The notes under the pieces were generated by a model. It searched no databases. It saw nothing but the letters and a program-made list of their open reading frames with translations, and had not been told where the DNA came from. 64,000 nucleotides of DNA. It comes from an uncultured Bacillales bacterium (GTDB lineage: Bacteria; Bacillota_I; Bacilli_A; RFN20; CAG-288). Below are positions 19,508 to 28,667 of this stretch, piece by piece. The stretch lies in assembly GCA_949287425.1 (NCBI GenBank), contig CASEGJ010000010.1:1343-65342 (forward strand), read 5' to 3'. Within the stretch, counting starts at the first letter, position 1. Each line of letters starts with the position of its first letter. The position numbers and the translations under genes were made by a program.

Positions 19508-20116
19508 ATGATTAAAAATGATATTGTAGATTTTTTAATTAAAGTAGAAGAAATTTCTAAAATTGGTTTAAAGTATTCTAAAGATCCATATGCTATTGAT
19601 AATTATACGCAGCTAGAAAAATTAACTTGCGATTTTATTAATAACAAATTTTCAATAAAATTAAATAGACCTAACTTTTTTTCAAGGGATATATATCCTA
19701 CACCATCAGTTAGCGTGAGAAGTGTTATCTTTTCAAAAGATAGAAAAAAAGTGCTTCTCGTTCAAGAAAGAGCAGATGGAGGATATTCTTTTCCAGGAGG
19801 ATGGACTGAACTTGGATTATCACCAAGTCAATCTGCTTTAAAGGAATTAAGAGAAGAAGCAGGATTAGAATGTAAACTCGTTAGACTAGTTGGTATTTTA
19901 GATCGTTATAATAATATTCCAACTACAGGAGTTCCTGAATATATAGTCGTTTTTGAAGCTGAGCCGATTAAAAAGCTAGGTCCATTTTGTTATGAGATTA
20001 CTGATGTTAATTATTTCGATATTGATAATTTGCCAAATTGGTCAATAAAAAACAATCCTGAACAAATGAAAAAAATTATTCAAGCGTGTTTAAATGGTAC
20101 AACTATATTTGATTAA
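19508..20116 (+). CDS. Nudix hydrolase with Nudix_N domain (ADP-ribose pyrophosphatase-like)
   Basis: GLKYSKDPY, YPTP, Nudix box GGWTELGLSPSQSALKELREEAG; start set to ATG 19508. Confidence 0.9.
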   Translation: MIKNDIVDFLIKVEEISKIGLKYSKDPYAIDNYTQLEKLTCDFINNKFSIKLNRPNFFSRDIYPTPSVSVRSVIFSKDRKKVLLVQERADGGYSFPGGWTELGLSPSQSALKELREEAGLECKLVRLVGILDRYNNIPTTGVPEYIVVFEAEPIKKLGPFCYEITDVNYFDIDNLPNWSIKNNPEQMKKIIQACLNGTTIFD

Positions 20117-20130
20117 GAAAGGAGAAAATT

Positions 20131-20832
20131 ATGTCTACACCACACAATCAAGCAAAATTAGGAGAAATCGCTAAAACTGTTCTATTGCCAGGAGATCCAT
20201 TAAGAGCTAAATTTATCGCTGATACTTTTTTAAAGGATGTCAAGCAATTTAATACTGTTAGAAATATGTATGGTTATACTGGAACTTACAATGGAAAATT
20301 GGTTTCTGTTATGGGTTCAGGTATGGGAATGCCTTCTTTAGGAATATATGTTAATGAACTATACAAGTTTTATGGTGTTGAAAAAGTTATTAGAGTAGGT
20401 TCAACCGGTTCATATTCACCTGATTGTAAACTTTTTGATGTTATTATTGCTCAAGGAGCATGTACAGATTCAAATTTTGCATATCAATTTAAATTACCTG
20501 GTACATTTTCTGCAATCGGCAATTTTGACTTATTGTTAAAAGCGTATCAAACCGCTAATAAGATGAATGTACCCGCTCATGTTGGAAATGTCTTTTCTAG
20601 TGATTTATTTTATTCTGCTAGTCCAGATGAATGGAAGAAATGGGCAGATATGGGATGTTTATGCGTTGAAATGGAAACTTACGCTTTATATTGTTTAGCC
20701 AGCTATTATAAAAAACAAGCTTTAACTATTTTAACGGTTTCTGATTCATTTATTACTAAACAAGAAACAACTCCTGAAGAAAGACAAACAGGTTTCATCA
20801 ACATGATGAAAATCGCTTTAGAACTCATTTAA
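20131..20832 (+). CDS. deoD: purine nucleoside phosphorylase DeoD
   Basis: PGDPLRA, GMGMPS, RVGS, VEME, TVSD. Confidence 0.98.
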   Translation: MSTPHNQAKLGEIAKTVLLPGDPLRAKFIADTFLKDVKQFNTVRNMYGYTGTYNGKLVSVMGSGMGMPSLGIYVNELYKFYGVEKVIRVGSTGSYSPDCKLFDVIIAQGACTDSNFAYQFKLPGTFSAIGNFDLLLKAYQTANKMNVPAHVGNVFSSDLFYSASPDEWKKWADMGCLCVEMETYALYCLASYYKKQALTILTVSDSFITKQETTPEERQTGFINMMKIALELI

Positions 20833-20835
20833 TAT

Positions 20836-21516
20836 ATGCAGACTTTTATTTATGTGTTAATAGGAACCTTGGCTATTATTTTTGTCGTGGCCTTAATTTT
20901 AGGTTTCCTATTATCACATAAATATGCTGATAGTATTTTTAAGTATTTGCTTTGGAGAAAATTATATTCTTTAGTTCAAGATAAAGATTATTTTTTAATA
21001 AATAATTTAAATATTTCTATTGATAAAAACCAAGCGCCACTAAAAATATCTCATTTAATTATTGGCGATAAATATATATATGTTATTGCCAGTAGATATT
21101 ATGAATCGGATTTAAAAGGCGAATCTTATTCCTCTCAAAATTGGGAAGTTGTTAGCAATGATGTCAGTTTAAGAAAAATATCTAACCCAATGTGGTTTAA
21201 TGAACAAAGAACCATAATGTTAGCTAAATATCTCGGCTGGGATGAAACTAAGCCGCCGTTATTTGTTTCTATTGTAGTAACTAACAATAAAATAGATTAT
21301 AAAATTAGAAAAGATGACAATATTAAATTTTCTTATATTTGTCATAAGTCTGAAGTTAAGAAATTGATTAAAAACATTGAAAAAATGGATAATCATGTAG
21401 TCTTTGATAATTCTAGAATGGAACATATAGTAAATCAGTTGTACGATTTATCAAAAGTAAATAATTATTACGATGAAAAAAACAAGTATTCTATTATGAA
21501 TAAAAAAGGAAAATAG
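20836..21516 (+). CDS. membrane-anchored NERD-like protein, catalytic residues degenerate
   Basis: N-terminal TM; LINNL, ISHLIIGDKYIYVI, NPMWFN pattern like NERD. Confidence 0.6.
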   Translation: MQTFIYVLIGTLAIIFVVALILGFLLSHKYADSIFKYLLWRKLYSLVQDKDYFLINNLNISIDKNQAPLKISHLIIGDKYIYVIASRYYESDLKGESYSSQNWEVVSNDVSLRKISNPMWFNEQRTIMLAKYLGWDETKPPLFVSIVVTNNKIDYKIRKDDNIKFSYICHKSEVKKLIKNIEKMDNHVVFDNSRMEHIVNQLYDLSKVNNYYDEKNKYSIMNKKGK

Positions 21517-21546
21517 AGTATTATATTCTTATCGTGCGGAGGTAAA

Positions 21547-22761
21547 ATGAATCAAAATCTTTTAAAAGTTATAAAGCAAAATTTAAATACTTATTTAAAA
21601 TCGACACCGATAACTTCATTTTTATATGTTTTGTTAGCCTTTGTATTGTTTTCTGCAGTGTTGTTAGTTAACACTATAAATTTCAATATTAGCAATTATT
21701 TTTTAAATTTGTTTCTTTCTTTCGTTTTAACTTTTATCTTTATCTTTGCAATTTTTTATGTCGTTTGTCCTATTTTATATGCTTGCAGCTTACAAAATAG
21801 TGAAGTGTCTCGTTTTTCTAATAAGAAAATATCATTAAAAGCAGCTTTTATTAATTATTATAATTTCAACAAGAATCCATTTAGAATTTTTAATGTTTTT
21901 TTATTTGCTATACTTTTTTCATTGTTAGGTAGTATTGTTAGTAATTTGATTATTATTTTACTAGAAGTTAGTATTTCTCCTGATATGTATTCAGCTTATT
22001 TAAATTTGACTAATGATATTTCAAGCCAGGAAGCTTTTTTAGAAACTTACGGAGATTTATTTTATAGATATAATTCGCTATATATGTCTTTATCTTTTGT
22101 TGCTCCTGCAATCTATGTTTTATATTCACTTAGAAAAAATGAATCTACCTTTTATGTCAGCAATATTTTGTTAACTGATAATAAAATTAATACACTTTCT
22201 AGCCAATTTACTGTACTTTTAAGAAAAGGTGTCATTTCTAATGTCAGCAAAGAACATTTTCAATTAGATATATCTGTTAACTATATAGGATATATCGTTT
22301 TGTTTGTCGTTTATTTTGGGTTGTCAATAGGCTTGTTATTCATTCAAGGTATGGCTTATGAATTTATTCCGTTTATTGCTGTTATAGCTAGTTTATTGTT
22401 ATACGTGCCTTTTTATGTAAAAGAAAGGTTGTTTGATATTTTATTTTATACCGCTTACTCTGATTTGATGTTAAAAAGAGTTTCTCCGAGTTTGAAAATT
22501 ATTTTAGCTCAAGCCAAAACAGCCTATTATGCTAAATATGATTTAAATAGAGAAAACGACGAGGATGAAAAAGCTACTTATCAAGAAGTTAAAGAAAATG
22601 AAAGTAGTGCTAAAGATGATTCAAATAATTCGTCTCAAAGCCAAGTAGAAAGTAAACCTTTAGATAAGGATGCTCCTAAAAAAGGTGAATTAGATCAAGA
22701 AGGTATTATTGATTTTACTAAATCTGAAGATGAAGACGATTCTTCTAATAATAAAAAGTAA
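21547..22761 (+). CDS. hypothetical polytopic membrane protein with acidic C-terminal tail
   Basis: ~6 hydrophobic segments; D/E/S-rich tail; SD GGAGG. Confidence 0.8.
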   Translation: MNQNLLKVIKQNLNTYLKSTPITSFLYVLLAFVLFSAVLLVNTINFNISNYFLNLFLSFVLTFIFIFAIFYVVCPILYACSLQNSEVSRFSNKKISLKAAFINYYNFNKNPFRIFNVFLFAILFSLLGSIVSNLIIILLEVSISPDMYSAYLNLTNDISSQEAFLETYGDLFYRYNSLYMSLSFVAPAIYVLYSLRKNESTFYVSNILLTDNKINTLSSQFTVLLRKGVISNVSKEHFQLDISVNYIGYIVLFVVYFGLSIGLLFIQGMAYEFIPFIAVIASLLLYVPFYVKERLFDILFYTAYSDLMLKRVSPSLKIILAQAKTAYYAKYDLNRENDEDEKATYQEVKENESSAKDDSNNSSQSQVESKPLDKDAPKKGELDQEGIIDFTKSEDEDDSSNNKK

Positions 22762-22828
22762 ACTTGTTTATATTAGTAAATAATATTAAAATAATTAATA
22801 GTGCTAATAGAACGGAAGTGGTTATTAT

Positions 22829-23269
22829 ATGATTAAAATATTTGTTTCGCCATCGTGTTCATCTTGTCGAAAGGTTAAAGAGTGGTTTGATAATGAAAAA
22901 ATCCCTTATAGGCTGATTAATATACTTTCCCCGATGTTAACTAAAGATGATATTAAAGAGATGATATCTAAATCTCTAGATGGAACAGATGAAGTTATTT
23001 CTAAACGTTCAAATGTTATTAAAGAGAATAAAATTGATCTAGACACTTTGACTTTTTCAGAACTTATAGATTTTATATATAAAAATCCTACCTGTTTGAA
23101 ACGCCCGATTATTGTCGATGATAATAGAATACAAGTTGGATATAATTCAGAAGAAATTCGCGTATTTATTCCAAGAGAAAAAAGGATATTGTTATATAAA
23201 ACAAAAACTAATTTTGATGTTAAACCACTCAAGTTAGTTAGTAAAGAGAAAAACAAAATAGCTAGTTGA
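22829..23269 (+). CDS. spx: Spx/MgsR family transcriptional regulator
   Basis: SPSCSSCRK, RPII, VGYN, FIPR. Confidence 0.92.
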   Translation: MIKIFVSPSCSSCRKVKEWFDNEKIPYRLINILSPMLTKDDIKEMISKSLDGTDEVISKRSNVIKENKIDLDTLTFSELIDFIYKNPTCLKRPIIVDDNRIQVGYNSEEIRVFIPREKRILLYKTKTNFDVKPLKLVSKEKNKIAS

Positions 23270-23294
23270 AGAGAGGAAATTATTATTTTATAAT
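23266..23294 (+). promoter_or_regulatory. sigma-A promoter of ileS leader
   Basis: TTGAAG-N17-TATAAT. Confidence 0.8.
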
Positions 23295-23300
23295 AAATCG

Positions 23301-23487
23301 ATGTGGCGTTGAGAAGACAGACGCATCTTTACTTTTATCTAAGCGAGTCATAGTTGGTGAAAGATGATATAAAAGGAAGATAAACGGATCACTTCGAGCT
23401 GAAATAAATTAAGTGCAAAGAAACATATAGTCTTTGAAAAAGGGTGGTAACGCGGTAACTCGTCCCTTTGTAGAAGACTTTTTATTT
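23301..23487 (+). ncRNA. T-box riboswitch (Ile, specifier AUC)
   Basis: AGCGAG and GGTGAAAG stem-I motifs, ATC specifier at 23388-23390, T-box AGGGTGGTAACGCG (23441-23454) pairing with CGTCCCT. Confidence 0.93.
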
Positions 23488-23497
23488 AGGAGGAAAT

Positions 23498-26221
23498 ATG
23501 GAATTAAAAAAGACATTATTAATGCCAAAAGGCAAGTTTCAGATGAGAGCTAATTTACCTCAAAATGAACCATTAAGATTAAAACAATGGGATGATATGC
23601 ACCTATATGAAAAAATGGTTGAAAAAAATAAAGGACAAATGAAATTTTATCTTCACGATGGTCCTCCATACGCTAATGGTCCAATTCATACTGGACATGC
23701 ACTAAATAAAATTATCAAAGATGTCATTAATCGTTATAAATCATTAAAAGGTTATCAAATTAAGTTTATTCCAGGTTGGGATACTCATGGTTTACCTATT
23801 GAAAATGCTGTTACTAAACAAGGAGTCGATAGGAAAAATATACCTGTTTCAGAATTTAGGAAAGCTTGTATGAAATATGCATATAAGCAAGTAGAGGGTC
23901 AAAAGAAAGGCTTCAAAAGGCTAGGTGTTGTCGCTGATTGGCAACATCCATATATTACTATGGATAAAGAATATGAAGCTTATGAAGTTGAAATTTTTGC
24001 TGAGATGGCTTTAAAAGGTTATATATATAAAGGATTAAAACCAGTTGCTTGGTCACCTTCAAGTGAGTGTGCATTAGCGGAAGCAGAAATTGAATATCAA
24101 AATGATGACGCCACAACTTTATATGTTAAAATGCCAGTTAAAAAGGGAAATTCTTTAATTTCTCAAGGTGATAGTTTTGTAATTTGGACTACTACTCCTT
24201 GGACAATTCCAGCTGATACAGCTGTTAGTTTAAATCCAAATATGGAATATGGATTATATTCGACAGATAAAGGTAATTTAATCTTTTTAAAAGATTTAAA
24301 AGACAAGGTAGTTAGTGAGTGCAATTTATCTAAATGCGAATTATTAAAATCGTTTTTAGGTAAAGAAGTAGAATATTGTGTGGTTCAACATCCTTTATAT
24401 GAAGAAAAAGAATCTTTAGTAATTGTTGGTGAACATGTTACTAGTGATTCAGGTACAGGATGTGTTCATACTGCTGGTGGTCATGGTTTAGATGACTATA
24501 AAGTGTGTTTAAAATATAATATTCCTCCGTTTTGTCCAGTTGATGAAAAAGGTTATATGACTAAAGAGGCTGGTTCAAGATTGCAAGGCTTATTTTATGA
24601 AGATGCTAATAAGGAAGTAATTAAAATTCTCGAAGAAAATAACTACTTGTTAGCTAGCAAAGTTATTAATCACTCTTATCCTCATGATTGGCGTACTAAA
24701 AAGCCTATTATCTTTAGAGCTACTCCTCAGTGGTTTTGTTCAATTTCTAAGATTAGAAACGATATATTAAATGAGGTTGATCAAATTAAATATAAACCAA
24801 GTTGGGGTAAAATTCGACTTCAAAAAATGATAGAAGGTAGAGAAGATTGGTGCATTTCTCGTCAAAGAGCTTGGGGAGTTCCTCTTCCTATTATCTATAA
24901 TGAAGATGGTTCACCTATTATCGAAAAGAAAGTTTTTGATCATATTATTGAATTAATTAGACAATACGGTTCAAATATTTGGTTTGAAAAAGATGCTAAA
25001 GATCTTTTGCCTGAAAATTATTCTAATCCTAAATCCCCAAATGGAAGGTTCACTAAGGAAAAAGACATAATGGATGTTTGGTTTGATTCTGGCTCTTCTT
25101 GGCTATCAGCTCAAAAAGCTTTAAATAGTAAATATCCAGCAGATTTGATTTTTGAAGGAACAGATCAATATCGCGGTTGGTATAATTCTTCTTTGACATT
25201 AGCAGTTGCAACTGGCAATAAAACACCATATAAGATGATTTTGACACATGGATTTATCGTCGATCAAAATGGTGAAAAATTTTCTAAATCTAAAGGTAAT
25301 GGAATTTCTCCAGAAGAAATTTGCAATACTTATGGAGCAGATATTTTAAGACTGTGGACTGCTTCTATCGATTTTACTATGGCTGAAATTAAATTATCTA
25401 ACGATTTAATTAAAGTTGTAAGTGATTCTTATAGAAAAATTAGAAACACTTTCAAATTTATGCTTTCAAATTTATATGATTCTGATGAAGAATTGATAGA
25501 TATGTCTAAGCCATATAAATATTCACCATTAGATGATTTAATATTAAATAAACTTTATCAATTAGAAGAAAAAGTTGATAAAGAATATGCTGATTTCGAT
25601 TTATTAGGTGTTACATCATTAATTGAAAACTTTATGATTAATGATTTATCTAGTTTTTATCTAGACCTTTCTAAAGATATTTTATATTGTGAAGATAAAG
25701 ATTCTTTACTTAGAAAAGGATGTCAGCATACTATTTTAGAAATTAGCAAAAAACTTGCTATTATGCTTTCTCCTATATTGCCGTTTACTATGGATGAAGT
25801 TAACGATAATTTACCTTCAAAAGTAGAAGGAAATATAGCTTTAGCTAGTTTCCCTAACGATAAATACGATCTTGATAAGATCAATTATTACGATACTTTC
25901 TTAACAATTAGACAAAAGATATTCCGCCAATTAGAAAAAGATAGAACTGCAAATAAGTTTGACTCTAATTTACAAGTTGAAGTTAATTTTTCAACTTTAG
26001 ATGAAAATGAAATTAAATCCATTAAATTTATCGGATTAGAAAATGTCAAAGATTATTTGATGATTGCTAAATTTAATTTGATTGAAGCAGAAGAGAAAAT
26101 TGAAACTTGTAAAACGAGTTATTGCAAATGCGAAAGATGCTGGAATTATAGAGAAGATGTTAGTGATTATAATGAACATAAAGTATGTTCACGTTGTCAA
26201 AAGGTTTTAAATCATGAATAA
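23498..26221 (+). CDS. ileS: isoleucine--tRNA ligase type 1
   Basis: DGPPYANG, HTGH, WTTTPWT, DWCISRQR, KFSKS, C-terminal Zn finger. Confidence 0.99.
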   Translation: MELKKTLLMPKGKFQMRANLPQNEPLRLKQWDDMHLYEKMVEKNKGQMKFYLHDGPPYANGPIHTGHALNKIIKDVINRYKSLKGYQIKFIPGWDTHGLPIENAVTKQGVDRKNIPVSEFRKACMKYAYKQVEGQKKGFKRLGVVADWQHPYITMDKEYEAYEVEIFAEMALKGYIYKGLKPVAWSPSSECALAEAEIEYQNDDATTLYVKMPVKKGNSLISQGDSFVIWTTTPWTIPADTAVSLNPNMEYGLYSTDKGNLIFLKDLKDKVVSECNLSKCELLKSFLGKEVEYCVVQHPLYEEKESLVIVGEHVTSDSGTGCVHTAGGHGLDDYKVCLKYNIPPFCPVDEKGYMTKEAGSRLQGLFYEDANKEVIKILEENNYLLASKVINHSYPHDWRTKKPIIFRATPQWFCSISKIRNDILNEVDQIKYKPSWGKIRLQKMIEGREDWCISRQRAWGVPLPIIYNEDGSPIIEKKVFDHIIELIRQYGSNIWFEKDAKDLLPENYSNPKSPNGRFTKEKDIMDVWFDSGSSWLSAQKALNSKYPADLIFEGTDQYRGWYNSSLTLAVATGNKTPYKMILTHGFIVDQNGEKFSKSKGNGISPEEICNTYGADILRLWTASIDFTMAEIKLSNDLIKVVSDSYRKIRNTFKFMLSNLYDSDEELIDMSKPYKYSPLDDLILNKLYQLEEKVDKEYADFDLLGVTSLIENFMINDLSSFYLDLSKDILYCEDKDSLLRKGCQHTILEISKKLAIMLSPILPFTMDEVNDNLPSKVEGNIALASFPNDKYDLDKINYYDTFLTIRQKIFRQLEKDRTANKFDSNLQVEVNFSTLDENEIKSIKFIGLENVKDYLMIAKFNLIEAEEKIETCKTSYCKCERCWNYREDVSDYNEHKVCSRCQKVLNHE

Positions 26222-26825
26222 AAATATAGATTCAAAGTTAGTAATTGAAAAGTTAAAATGGTTTTTTAAATCGTTAATTTGGTTAGTGCCTATTTTAATA
26301 GGTCTAGATCAAATGACAAAATGGCTGTTTGAAATATATGTTCCTATGGGAACTTCAATTACTGTAATTCCTAATTTCTTTTATTTTGATGTTATTCATA
26401 ATACTGGTGCTGCATGGGGTTCATTAGCAGGGAATAAAGCACTGTTAATTTCCATTTCAAGTATCGCTTCTATTTTATTAATTGCTATGCTAGTATGGAA
26501 ATGGAAAAAGTTATTAACTATTTATCGTATCTCTTTATTGTTGATGCTATCAGGATGTGTTGGTAACTTAATCGATAGAGCATTTTATCCTTTTGGGGTT
26601 ATTGATTTTATTCGCTTCCAATTTGGCAATTACAATTTTCCTACTTTTAATTTAGCAGATTCATATTTAGTTATCGGATGTATTATTTTATTAGTTGCTA
26701 TTATATTTGAGGATTACTTTTCAAATAAGAAAGTAAGAAAAAGCAAAAATAATTTAACTAACGATACGATTAATGAAGTTAAAAAAGAAGATAATTTAGG
26801 AGATAGTAATGAAAATAAAGATTGA
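26214..26825 (+). CDS. lspA: lipoprotein signal peptidase II
   Basis: DQMTK, NTGAAWG, GNLIDR, VIDF, FNLAD. Confidence 0.97.
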   Translation: MNKNIDSKLVIEKLKWFFKSLIWLVPILIGLDQMTKWLFEIYVPMGTSITVIPNFFYFDVIHNTGAAWGSLAGNKALLISISSIASILLIAMLVWKWKKLLTIYRISLLLMLSGCVGNLIDRAFYPFGVIDFIRFQFGNYNFPTFNLADSYLVIGCIILLVAIIFEDYFSNKKVRKSKNNLTNDTINEVKKEDNLGDSNENKD

Positions 26826-27705
26826 GTTTGAAGGTCGACTTGATCAAGTTTTATCTAATCAACTAAATCTTTCCCGTAGTAAAATAAGTCAGATTATTAA
26901 AGAAGGTATTTTACTTAATTCTAAAAAAATTGATAAACCATCAACTAAAGTTAAAATCGGCGATCTTGTTGAATTTGAATATACCGAAGTTGATCTAAGT
27001 AAAATTACTCCAGTTAAAATAGACTTTAATATTTTATATGAAGATGAATATCTTATGGTTGTAAATAAACCACGCGGTTTAGTTGTTCATCCTTCTAGTG
27101 GACATTATCAAGATAGTTTAGCTAATGGATTAGCTTATTATTTTAACAAAGATAATGAAAGTATGGATGATGAATTTCGTATGGGGATAGTTCATAGAAT
27201 TGATAAAGATACTTCAGGATTATTGATTGTCGCAAAAACTTTATTAGCGAAACAGAAGCTTTCTGAAATGATAAGTAAACATTTAGTTGATAGACAATAT
27301 TTTGCTCTAGCTTATGGCTTTTTTAGCAACAAAAAGTTTAAAGTTGATGCTCCTATTGGTAGAGATAAATCAAATAGATTAAAGATGGCTGTAACTGACG
27401 ATGGAAGACCAAGTGTTACACATTTTAAACTTATCAGGCAATTTAATGGTGCAGGCTTATTATCTTGTCAGTTAGAAACTGGTAGAACTCATCAAATTAG
27501 AGTTCATCTTTCATATATTAAACATCCTATTGTCGGTGATGAATTATACACAAATAGGAAATGCGATTTTGCTAATTGTGGTCAATTACTTCACGCATAT
27601 AAAATTAAATTCATCCATCCTTTTACGAATAAGGAAATGGTGTTTTATGCTGATTTAGATGATTATTTTAAAAAGGCGATTGTTAAATTTGGATTAGCTA
27701 TCTAA
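26809..27705 (+). CDS. rluD: RluA/RluD-family pseudouridine synthase
   Basis: S4 domain, NKPRGLVVHP, HRIDKDTSG, TGRTHQIRVH. Confidence 0.93.
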   Translation: MKIKIEFEGRLDQVLSNQLNLSRSKISQIIKEGILLNSKKIDKPSTKVKIGDLVEFEYTEVDLSKITPVKIDFNILYEDEYLMVVNKPRGLVVHPSSGHYQDSLANGLAYYFNKDNESMDDEFRMGIVHRIDKDTSGLLIVAKTLLAKQKLSEMISKHLVDRQYFALAYGFFSNKKFKVDAPIGRDKSNRLKMAVTDDGRPSVTHFKLIRQFNGAGLLSCQLETGRTHQIRVHLSYIKHPIVGDELYTNRKCDFANCGQLLHAYKIKFIHPFTNKEMVFYADLDDYFKKAIVKFGLAI

Positions 27706-28605
27706 CTTGTAATTTCTAAAAAAGTGTTTAACATATGGGTCAACTTCTTGTTGACCATATTTTTTTACTAATGCTTTATATGTTTTATCGACTTCACTAG
27801 AGGCACCTTTAGGAATTTCCATATTGAAATGTTCGTTCATTTTTTTCCAATCTTCTAAGAAAAAATATCTCGCTAGACAGCTGCTTGTTGCAATAGATGG
27901 ATAAAATGATTCACCTTTAGTTTTAAAAATAAGTGGATTTTTAAGACGAGGATTAGCGTATTTAATGTAGTTATTTTCCATTTCAAATTGGTCTATATAT
28001 ATTGGGATATCACTAGATAACTTATATTTTTTTATAAGTTCTTCATGGCAAAAATTGTGAGCTTTAGCTAAAATAACATGAGTAGAGAAATTTTTAGCTT
28101 TATATTCATCTAGTTTAGTGGGTGAAATACAAATGGCGTGTTTTTTTATTCTTTTTAATAAAATTGGCGCAATTTCTTCAATTTTTGAATCAGATAATTT
28201 TTTTGAATCTTTTACGCCTAAAGAATCTATAAACTGAATATCTTGATTATCTAAATAACAAGAACAAATATAAAAACCAAGGAAAAAATCACCGATACCG
28301 ACTTCATCAGATCCGATTTGAAAAGAATTATCTTCCCATTCACCATTAATAGCATTTTCACTTTGAGTAATTTTAATGGCATTTTTAAAAAATATCTCCA
28401 CTTCAGATTTAACAGCGTCTTTTTCTCCTGAAAAAACAATTGTATATTGATTTTTAGATCGATAACAAGCAATATGGACTTTATCGTAAGTGGTTATATC
28501 AAAAACATCATACGGCCTTTTACTAGACTCGATTAATTCCGCATTATAAAAATCGCGTATTTCTTCCATTTTTGATTCGTCTATTTTAAATTTATAATAA
28601 TCCAT
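27694..28605 (-). CDS. rnhC: ribonuclease HIII
   Basis: N-terminal TBP-like region, GSDEVG.GD, DSKKL, IDQF, KGE. Confidence 0.93.
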   Translation of the reverse strand: MDYYKFKIDESKMEEIRDFYNAELIESSKRPYDVFDITTYDKVHIACYRSKNQYTIVFSGEKDAVKSEVEIFFKNAIKITQSENAINGEWEDNSFQIGSDEVGIGDFFLGFYICSCYLDNQDIQFIDSLGVKDSKKLSDSKIEEIAPILLKRIKKHAICISPTKLDEYKAKNFSTHVILAKAHNFCHEELIKKYKLSSDIPIYIDQFEMENNYIKYANPRLKNPLIFKTKGESFYPSIATSSCLARYFFLEDWKKMNEHFNMEIPKGASSEVDKTYKALVKKYGQQEVDPYVKHFFRNYKLDS

Positions 28606-28667
28606 CGCCTTTTATTATAACATGATAATTTAGATTAATCTTTGTGATAATATATTATTGTTAACTT

